The notes under the pieces were generated by a model. That model searched no databases. It saw only the letters and a program-made list of their open reading frames with translations, and was not told the DNA's origin. A stretch of DNA of 61,833 nucleotides, the filler included, from Nemertoderma westbladi (Eukaryota > Animalia > Xenacoelomorpha), in the NCBI GenBank assembly GCA_032718475.1. It is 3 parts of 3 records of this genome, joined end to end, with 100 filler letters (N's around TTAATTAATTAA, not from the genome) between each part and the next. Parts side by side here need not be neighbours in the genome. Positions count along the whole stretch, not along the records: positions 34,946 to 61,833 come from JAUCBJ010003829.1; 2 more parts are not named here. One strand, 5' to 3'. Below, piece after piece: positions 47,389 to 58,000 of the stretch. The translations under genes were made by a program, and so were the position numbers. The first letter of the stretch is position 1, and every line of letters starts with the position of its first letter.

Positions 47389-50300
47389 TAGTGTTACAAC
47401 GGGATGGAATCCACAATTTTCGGGATTCGGGATTGCAACTATCGGGAAAGGATCGGGATTTTTATTTTATTGCGGCTATATTCATTCAAAACTTAATATA
47501 TCTATCTGCCCTGCCCTCTTTAAAGGCCTAAAAAAACTTTCCAGAAATCGTATCATAATGCTTACATATATAAAAATGTCCACTACTTTTTTCCAAATAG
47601 TTCACAGACGTAGTTTATTCCCACGTTCGTATTTAATTTTGCTTATGTTTTTAATATAATTTTTGCAACTTTTTTTAATATATCTACGGCAGTCTGACTG
47701 AATCGCTGCCACATAAATATGTTTACCATATTCAATGAAAAGTAACAAAACAAGTGTTTGTTCCTATTATTTATAATAAAGATAGATATTCATGTATATA
47801 TTTAATATATTTAATGAATGACATTCAGATATTAATTTAGATTCAGGAATCAGTTATAAATCATGTACTGTAGACCTAATTCAATCAATCCTTCATCAAT
47901 CATATTATCAATCATCCAATGAAAATCCCTTAAAATTTTACATTTTAAGGTAAAATTTTACCCATGTATTAATTGTAGGGTAACCGGTATGCACATACTA
48001 GGATCGGCATGATGCATTGCAGCTGCATTTTTAAGAATGCTGTGCCGGCTTATCGACAAAATTGCACCACCACAACTCCCTATCACCCATGACATTTGCT
48101 AGATCATCCGCATCTTCAAGGCCAGTGTCCTTTAAGATGCGTCTCAAGAAAGTCATGGGCTGTCCACCATGCTTATTCACTCCATGAGGCTGCCAAAGTA
48201 CAAGATTATGCTGGTCCTCACGGCGAAAGCAATGTCCTGCAAAGCGGAGGCGATTTTGTTCTAGTGTCAAGCTTGGGGGAACCAATGAGACACCTCCAAT
48301 GTATATAGTGTCTGGTTGGAGATGTGTGCATTGAACTTGACACAATGAACCCGGCGTAGCATTCTTGTGAATGTGCCATCTAGAGATTTGGTGTCCTCAG
48401 CAGTTAGAGCCCAGCATGGACTCCCATAGAGGAGTACTGGAACTACTGCTGCTCTAAATAACCGGACCTTAAGTTTCCGATTAATTCTCGGTGACTTCCA
48501 AATCCTGGAAAGCCTATTCAAGGCTGCCCATGCCTTTCCCTTACGTATTCGAAGGTCCTCACCTGACTTCCGGATCCATGATCCCAGGTAACAGAAGTCA
48601 TCCACATGCTCAAGCATACCATCTTTTGTGCTTATGCTAATCCGATCAGAGACTTGCTGAGGACTTTCAAAGTTAACTGTCAAAATTTTGGTCTTTCTGG
48701 AGTTAATAAAAAGACCAACACTAGAAGCAGCATGTTCTAATGAGCTGAGGAGCCGTTGGGCTCCCTCTAGTGATTCTGAGAGTACTCCTAAGTCATCAGC
48801 AAAGTCTAGATCAGTTAGGCTAGAACAGCCAGATGCCTGTCTTTCTTTTTTGATAACTCTTCAATTATTCTTCTAAGTGCCAAAATGGGCTCCATGGTCC
48901 CACGACCTTTACGGAACCCATTCTGAATTCCACGGAGCAGTCTCTCAATGGGATCCCTGATGCGATTTAATAGAATTCTATTGTATAGCTTTGCAGCAAT
49001 CGAGATCAATGAGATTACCCGAAAAGAACTATAGAGTGTTAGGTTGCCCTTCTTGGGAACTGGCACCAACTTATTTGTTTTCATTTCTTGTGGGACTCTT
49101 GTTGTACGGTACATGTCTACTAAAGTATGATGGGATAGATGAGCTTTAAACACTCAGGTATTTTAAAGACCTCAGGGGGAACACCATCTACTCCACTGGC
49201 ACGATTGGTCTTAATGCTCTTTGCAGCAGCCTTCACTTCTGCAAAGGAGATATCACCAATGGGAATATCTGGGAGTACAGACTCAGACACTTTTACTTCT
49301 ATAAAGTTATCAGGCAATACCCTGTCATTATTGAGGAGCTTTTCAAAGTGGGCCTTCCAACCATTGAGGCGATCGGCTGGTGATTCAGCCTTAACCTTGG
49401 TGGTTGGTTGGCTTTTTCGACCAGCAAGCAAGTTGATCGATCTCCATGCCTGGGATGATTGCCTGCTGTCGTCAGCATCATTGATGGCACCAACCTGTTG
49501 GTTTATTAGCTCCTGTAAATTAACAGAGTACTGCCTGTTCAGGGACCTAGATGCAGCCTTAACTGCATTCTTGGCCGCTGTAGTCTGTTTGAGTCGGGAC
49601 TCTTTCTGCGCCTTGTAGAGGTCATTTCGGCACTTCTGAATTTTGTTGTCAGTCCAGGGGGCCCGTTTCCTGTTTCGAGGGTATACAGGAACTGTTTCTG
49701 CAGCTGCTAACTTAACTGCCTCTGTGAAGGCAGTATAGCCCTCACAGTGATCTGCCGCCTCAGAGGCAAGGGCCTCATACCTGTTGCTCAGCTGTAGTGT
49801 GAAGCTGGATCTCACACTTGGCTGTTGCAACAGAGAGGTCCAGTCATGCCGCGGCAAGGCAGATTTCGTTGTTCTGCTAGCACGCAGACTAAGTCTTACC
49901 TTGACCACAATAAGGCGGTGATCACTGGAGAAGGGTCGTAGTGTAAATGCATTACAGTCTTGTATAGAGCTCCTGTATTTCCTACGAAACAGGATATGGT
50001 CTATCTGGGACTTGTGACCACTGGGTCCACTATGAGTCCATAGCTTTCCAGTTCGCTTCTTGAACTGGGTTCCAGCCGAAAACAATCCATTTCCAGAGAT
50101 AAAATCCTCAAGATGGACGGAATTTCGGTTAACACTATTGCTATAGACCCAGGGCGATGTAGGTGATTGATGCAGACTTGCATTAAAGTCTCCCAGGAAT
50201 GTTAAGAATGCATGCTGATCCACTCCATCAGTAACTGCTTGTAGATTCTGGTAGAAATTTTCCACCTCCTCTACAGGGGCAACATTAGTTGGAAAGTAGC

Positions 50301-51612
50301 ACACAATCAGAACCACCTTAGGAAACTTCTTAGCCAGTCTTCCAGAACATGAGAAGTGGCAACGGATGATGCGGTTAGAGATTTGGTCTATTTTGTCCAA
50401 TGCTGCATGTGCAGTTGGATTCATCAATAGACCGATTCCACCATTGCCACTATCATCTGCTGAAGCGAGGGCGAGTCGCCAACCGCCCCCCATGTCCTTA
50501 ATCAGAACCTCATCAGTCTGTCCAGTCTGCATTCGGTGCTCTTGAACACCCACTGCATTAAGAGAAAGCTTATCTGCCAAGGCAGTCAGCTCACCTTGTC
50601 GCATTGGCCATTGGGGACCCGAGTGTTAGGGTGTTTACTGAGGCTAGTCTAGTGACTTGCCTCAGATTCACCAATGGCTTTGTTGGTCGGGGTGGAACAT
50701 GAGAGTAGACTCCAACTCCAGAATCCCTCTCCCCCTCACAATCTGGCCTCCCTGGTGACCCAGGGTTTGGGCCAGAAAGGTCATCAGGAAAGGGACTCAA
50801 AGAATTGTTTGCCGCTCTCTCTCCAGTAGGGGGTGAGACAGGCAGCCGGTCAGGAGATAACTGACGCCTGTGAGGCCGATTGTGTCCAGTCATTCCACTG
50901 GCCTCTAGTGGCTGAACCTCCGCATTGCTAATGTAATCCATAGTGGGGGTTGGGGGGTGCTTTTTTTCCGTGTCAGCTCTCGGGGCAAATACCACACCCT
51001 GGTTTGCCATTCCACAGGGTGGGTGTCGCAGTGGAGTCAGATATGAGGCCCATCACCCATATCTACTCTCGCGCACATGACCCACCATTGGCTGTGCAGC
51101 TCATCTGCTGGGTCATGAACACTCTACTCCTGACCAGTCATTGGTAGATCACAATCTGCCTGGCCAGGCCATATACCCCTGCAGCCAAGTATATGGGTCC
51201 TTAATCCAGGACCAAGGGCGTCCTTATTCCAGAACGAAGGGGGTCCTAGTTACATGACCAGATTTGCCCTAGTAAGAGGGTCTATGCAGCTACAGGTGGC
51301 ACCTCCTTTATGCTGCATGGAGGTGGCAAGTTTTCTTGATCAATGACCTAGAATACCTGACCTGACCTGTGGTATGCACATGATAAGGTACTGTAGGCTA
51401 CTGCAGGTAGTGGTAATTTTAAGCAAAACCTTGATACCTATGTATTATTTTATTTTAATATTCATTTTATTTGTTTTTGACAAAATTGGTACAAATACAA
51501 TTTTACAAATTTTAAGCTGTTGGGCATATAAATTCAGATATCGCAAATCCCGAAAAAACCCGATATTTTTCCATCGGGATCGGGATGGGATCGGGTTCCC
51601 GTTGCAACACTA
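47389..51612. mobile_element. hAT-like non-autonomous element hosting an RTE insertion
   Basis: TIRs TAGTGTTACAACGGGA / TCCCGTTGCAACACTA with clustered CGGGAT subterminal motifs at both ends. No clean 8 bp TSD. Confidence 0.7.
47997..51370 (-). mobile_element. RTE-clade LINE, defective (frameshifts and internal RT deletion), with 11 bp TSD
   Basis: APE motifs (VGVQEHR, GDFNA, SQIDHIL, SDH), PVPKKGNL, QNGFRKGRGT, LDFADD, FCYLGS, LLYGS..W and LRFAGHCFR. The DF.KAFD and GV.QG blocks are missing. GGTATGCACAT at 47986-47996 and 51371-51381. Confidence 0.92.
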
Positions 51613-51647
51613 CTGCAGTGTCCGTCAGTGCTGCATTGCTTAAATAG

Positions 51648-52472
51648 AACAAGTAGGCAAGCTTACGAAGTAATAGAGCAAACAATTAGGCAAGCTAACG
51701 AATAATAGAGCAAACAAGTAGGCAAGCTAACGAAGTAATAGAGCAAACAATTAGGCAAGCTAACGAAGTAATAGAGCAAACAAGTGGGCAAGCTTACGAA
51801 GTAATAGAGCAAACAAGTGGGCAAGCTTACGAAGTAATAGAGCAAACAATTAGGCAAGCTAACGAAGTAATAGAGCAAACAAGTAGGCAAGCTAACGAAG
51901 TAATAGAGCAAACAAGTAGGCAAGCTAACGAAGTAATAGAGCAAACAAGTGGGCAAGCTTACGAAGTAATAGAGCAAACAAGTGGGCAAGCTTACGAAGT
52001 AATAGAGCAAACAAGTAGGCAAGCTAACGAAGTAATAGAGCAAACAAGTAGGCAAGCTAACGAAGTAATAGAGCAAACAAGTAGGCAAGCTAACGAAGTA
52101 ATAGAGCAAACAAGTAGGCAAGCTAACGAAGTAATAGAGCAAACAAGTAGGCAAGCTAACGATGTAATAGAGCAAACAAGTGGGCAAGCTAACGAAGTAA
52201 TAGAGCAAACAAGTAGGCAAGCTAACGAAGTAATAGAGCAAACAAGTAGGCAAGCTAACGAAGTAATAGAGCAAACAAGTAGGCAAGCTAACGATGTAAT
52301 AGAGCAAACAAGTGGGCAAGCTAACGAAGTAATAGAGCAAACAAGTAGGCAAGCTAACGAAGTAATAGAGCAAACAAGTGGGCAAGCTTACGAAGTAATA
52401 GAGCAAACAAGTAGGCAAGCTAACGAAGTAATAGAGCAAACAAGTAGGCAAGCTAACGAAGTAATAGAGCAA
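51648..52472. repeat. 33 bp minisatellite, ~25 copies
   Basis: Unit AACAAGTAGGCAAGCTAACGAAGTAATAGAGCA. Confidence 0.95.
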
Positions 52473-52749
52473 AGAAGTACTCGGATTACAGCTTTCTCGG
52501 GTTAACCGTTCTCGGGTTAGCCGAGTTTGAGTCTCGTGCTGCGCGATGGCCCCACGAACGTAACGTGTAGTATTGGATACTGAAATATTATTAAATTAAT
52601 TTACCATGTCAATGCCTCAACAAAATTATTTAGCTAATTATAAACAATCAAATCACCATCCAATTCAGGAACTCAAGCCAATCATTTTGCGAAATAAAGA
52701 ATAAGCAAGCTGTCTTATTAGTCTGGCTCCTTACTCTGCCTGTCCTATA

Positions 52750-53060
52750 GATGTGGGGCGAGCCACGAAGTGAGCGATGCCTTAGCATATGGTTACCATT
52801 AACGGATTGTCTATCGTCGTCCAATTTTTGATCGCTAATAACCCAGTCATTCCTGGATGTAATTCAACCAAACCGTAGTCCGTCAAAAGTTTAGAAATAA
52901 TCTTAAGTTTGGTCAAAAGTCACACAGTCTGTCTATCGTTACCGGTAGTTTCAAACCTTTGATAAAAACCGAAATAAGTCGGTCAATCATTGATGAAATT
53001 AAACCAAATTTGGTACGTATGCAGTCTGTCAAAGGTTTAGAAAGATTCTGAAGTTCCATG
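52750..53060. mobile_element. Dispersed repeat, probable HINE/Helentron-type remnant; related to 46125-46200
   Basis: Starts TGTGGGGCGAGCCACGAAGTGAGCG. Shares AAACCAAA.TTGGTACGTAT..AGTC.GTCAAA.GTTTAGAAAGA with ~46135. Confidence 0.5.
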
Positions 53061-55083
53061 GCGGCGTATTGTAAATACAAACAAGTAATCGGCTCGGATT
53101 ACAGCTTCCCGGTTAACTGAATCTCATTAGTAAGTTAATAATGTTTACAACAATTAAAGAAACATTTCTTAATCTTAAAGTAAATCACTTGAACTAATTA
53201 AAAACCATAATGGAATGGGTGTATGATGGGGATTCCAGCTGTAGAAAATAATTAATGAAAGGACAGGCAGAAAATGCTGTTTTTTTTATTACCATAATCA
53301 ACTTAATTAACTAATTATAACTGCTTTTATCTTAGCTTCTTGAAGGCCACACGCAAATTCTATTTGGAAAAGTAGAGCACCTCCTGCTTTGGTCCCCCCG
53401 GGCACCACTTTAACTCTGCACGCCACTGCCTTTATATCAATATAGTTAAATTGATTGGATTTCCTGGAAACGTATTAATTGTTTTGTTATTCACAACGCA
53501 TGAAAGAAAAATAAAGAAACATCAGAAATAGAAATGTAAAGTGGTGTAATACGCCAACAACCAAAGACGACATCCTTATTAAAACTAATTTACTAATTGA
53601 CAACAGAGGGGAATTGAATTTTGAATGAATTTTGACTGCCCCCCCCCCCCCCCCCCCCCCTTTTTTTTATCTCCTTTATCTGGTCTGGTCCAGCTTGGCT
53701 ACATTAAATTGGATTTGCTCTTGACAGATACTCAAGCATCCTAATAACAGCGTAGTAAGGCGGGTGTGTAACATTGTGTATACTCTTTGTTACCCATTGT
53801 ATGTATGTACACAATGTAATAGTGGTACCAAAAGGCTATACAATACAAGGGGGCCCTTCTGGAAAATCCCTTATGTAACAATGAATTGATTCTCAATCAC
53901 ATAGGAGCCTCAGATAGCCATAGGAGATTAAATACAAAGCCGTAATACATGGAGATGTTCCAGTCAATATTAGGATTGTTTAAAGGCACCATACAACGCC
54001 AATTTCCTCTTACATTGTATATAGTTTGGCACAGACTCGGTAATGTTCAATTATATAACTGTAAACTTTCATTGGTACGTGGTATTTAGTTACCTTGACT
54101 TCAGTTAATCTCCTACAGTGTGTTTTTAGTGCATTAAGGATTCTATTGTGTTGATAACTAAATGGTTTTACTGCTCTTCCTATTTACGAGGTCAATATCA
54201 TAGGAAAACCGGCGCCAGAATTTTACTTCCAAGTTTATTAGTTAAGGTATCAATTACCTTATTTATTAATTACTACAGTTGAGTACCCTTTTCTATTATT
54301 TCTAGTCTTATTGTGTATTTCTGTAAATTAATATAAATTTGTAGAAGTCGATTCTTGACTTTTTACCAATTATTAAAATAACGGATTGGGGTGTGGTTTT
54401 TATATCGCCCCGGCGTCTTGTTATAAATAAATTACAAATTATTTAATAATATAAAGAGTAACATCAAGTGTAAATATCTGTGGAGACTGTTTTTTATACG
54501 CTTGTAGCTAAAGAATGAAAGCGAAAATAAAAATTCTGACTCACCCAGTAAGAATATCGCCGAAATCATATTCTATACCTTGCAATAATATGAATGTTTA
54601 CAATTTTAGTCAGAGAGCACAAAGGCTAAAGTACATGCCAACTCGTGCAAAACTCAATAACTCTGCCAGAAAAGTTGAATTTCCGTCAATTGATATTAGT
54701 GACAAAAGTGCTTCTTTCCGATACTTTTGTCTTAACATAGGATGGTAGGAAGTGAAACAAGATGCGAATTGGTTCGAGTTCAATAATAAAAATAAATCGT
54801 TTTCAAAATATATACCTGTAAGTAAGAAGTATATACTAAGTACAGTACAGTATATCGGATATTTAGAATTAATAAACTTATCTATGAATCTATTTATGAT
54901 TATGAACCTCTTTTGTAAATTCTTAAGTACCCAATAGGCGTTGAGGCACATAGGGGCCCACTTATAAATTATTTTGATTTCATCTGTTTATTAATTGCCT
55001 GAAATTTTATTTTTCATTCACTTTGATATAATAATATCTAGAACTTCATGGTATTATAATAATATCTTTGAAAATCAATTGTA

Positions 55084-58000
55084 ATGGATGTATTAAAACC
55101 AACAATATCCTATTGGTTATTCGCATATTCGATTGTGGCGTTAACTGTTTCTGTGGGAACACAACAAACAGACTCATTTAAACGCGAGCGCGTCCAATGT
55201 TACAACAAAGTGACGGGCCTCGCTCAAAAGTGCCAACCCTCCTTGGTAAACGTCGTGAGCGGTAGATACCTGGATGTTACGAACACCTGCGGAGGGAGGG
55301 GGGATGTTGGCACCAAATACTGCCTCCAAGTGCAAAGCAATCCGCTTCCACTCAGAAACCCCGGGCGTGCATGTCATCAGTGTTACAGAAGGGAGCACGG
55401 ACGGCAGTTTATGACTGATATTGATAGCGATTCGGCCCCTACTTGGTGGCAGTCCGAAACCATGGCCGAGAGAATTCAATCCATACCCTTGAATATAACC
55501 ATTGACCTTGGTCGCACTTACTACATTGTTTACGTGAGCATCAAGTTTCACACGAGCAGACCCGAGAGTATGACCATTCTACGGATGAAAAACTCGGATT
55601 CTGATTGGACGCCGTATCAATACTTCAGTCAATCTTGTAGGGAAACTTTCAGAGTGCCGCCGAATCAAAAGATCACTAAATACAATATAGACCAGGTTGT
55701 CTGCACTGACAACGAGTACAGCTTGATGAACCCGCTTTCAGGAGGGGTGGTTTTGTTCAACCCATTGACTCGGGCCCGTAGTATGCACGAAGACTTCGAT
55801 AAGAGTGATGTGTTGCATGAGTGGGTGCGAGCGAGGCAGTTGCGATTCAGTTTCAATCGACTCCACACCTATGGGGATGAAGTCTACGGAGACGATGATG
55901 TGTTGCGAACTTACTTTTATGGAGTGCGAAGTCTTATGGTGAGCGCGATCTGTAGTTGCAACGGTCATGCATCGCGCTGCGAGAGAGCAGGCCCTGACGC
56001 CCTCCACCGGTGCGTCTGCGAACACCACACGGAGGGTGACGAGTGTTCGGCGTGTCAGGAGGGCTACCGGGACCAGCCGTGGGCGCGGGCCACCGACACC
56101 GATGCACACGAGTGTCTGCCTTGCCGATGTAATGGGTTCTCGCGACGATGCGAGTTCGATGCTCAGTTGCACGAGCTGCGTGGACATGGAAGTCGGTGCG
56201 TGGACTGCGAAGGGAATCGGGATGGGGAGCAATGCGAGTATTGCAAACACGGGTTCTACAACTCGTCGGATGTGTGTCTCCCATGCGAGTGCGACCCATA
56301 CGGCAGTCGTGGGCTGCAATGCGCGTCGACCACAGGTGCCTGCGACTGTCTCCCTGGGGCTACCGGGAGGCGTTGCGACCGCTGCCAGGATGGCTATTAT
56401 GGGCAGAATGAGGACGCGAACGGGTTGCGTGTTGGGGGTTGTCGCAGCTGTGAGTGCGACAATCGCGGGGCTGAGACGGACGAGTGCGACAAGGGTTTCG
56501 GACAGTGCCGGTGTAAGCGGCTCACCAGCGGGTTGAGATGCGATAGCTGCGCCGACGGCACTCACGATCTGCACCCTGATAATCCGTACGGCTGTGTGAA
56601 CTGCTTCTGTTACGGACACACAGATTCGTGCACCGACAACAACGCCTATGTAAGCGCGAAATTAAACTTGGAAGCGGGCGGAGTTGATAGTTTAGAGGTT
56701 TTCGAAGTAACAGAGATTAACGGGGAATTCACCGGTACTTTTATTGGATTTGAAAGCAATACTTTTACTGCGCCGACTGGAAACAGTAAGGCATTCTACT
56801 TCAGCGCCCCCTCGCGTTACCTAGGCGACAAGCGACTCAGTTACGGGCAGAAGTTAACGTTTCAGGTAACCCTTAACAACGGGGACTTTTTCGGTGTTCA
56901 TTGGGACGTGATTCTATCGGATGGGTCGCGGGGTCTAGTCTACCGTGTAGAGGCGCCCCCAAGCGAGGATATGAGAAATCGAGAGGCCTCGGTTCTGCTT
57001 TACCCGGAGTTCTGGAGTCCCCGAGTCTCACCGCTGGAATTCCAGACGATGTTGTCACGTCTCCAGCGGCTGTGGATACGCGCGAGTTATGGGGAACAGG
57101 CCACGGCTACTCTCAGTGTACTGGAGTTGGGTACAGCGACCCCCGGTGCGCCATCTAGCGGCGAGGGAGCGCATTGGGTGGAGTTGTGCGACTGCCCGCC
57201 GGCGTACACTGGGGCCTTCTGCGAGCGGTGTTCAACCAATCACTACCGCGAGTCTGAAGGAGGCCCGGCCACCGAGTGTCTACGCTGCGAGTGTTACGGG
57301 CACGCGGAGACCTGCGACCCGACCAACGGACGCTGCGAGTGCGCTCACAACACCGCCGGCGCGCATTGCGACGTCTGCGCTAAGGGTTTCTATGGCGATG
57401 CGACTGGGGGCAGTGCGGACGATTGCCAACCATGTCGGTGTCCTAACAACGGGGAGTGTGTGGTCGGCAGTCACGGTGGGATGGTCTGCACAGACTGTCC
57501 GGACGGTACTACTGGGGACCTCTGTCAGTCCTGTAAAGATGGTTACTACCGCCCTATTGGTTCCAGCACAGACAGACCCTGTCTAAAATGTAGTTGCTAT
57601 GGTAACATTGATGAAAATGCTGTTGGTAATTGCGACAGAAACACTGGTTATTGTACGGGAAAATGTATTTACAACACAGATGGTAATCACTGCGAGAATT
57701 GTTTGCCCGGTTACTATGGTGACGCTACGGCTTACCCCAAGGGGGAGCAGTGCCAGCCATGTGGGTGTTACCCCCCAGGGACGCGCGAGAATTACTACCC
57801 AATAGGAAGTGGGTCTTTAGGACAGGAATGTGAGCGCTTTAATGGTGAGTGCGTATGTCACGATAATGTGGTAGGTCGGGATTGTAGTGCCTGCGCCGAG
57901 GGTTACTTTGGGATCGATAAAGGATCTGGTTGTACAAAATGCGACTGCGACACTCTCGGTTCGAATAAAACATGCGACATTAACACTGGGGATTGTTTCT

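Noticed and set aside
51663-52472. 269 aa LLYYFVSLPTC repeat ORF
   Set aside because: Translation of the 33 bp minisatellite.
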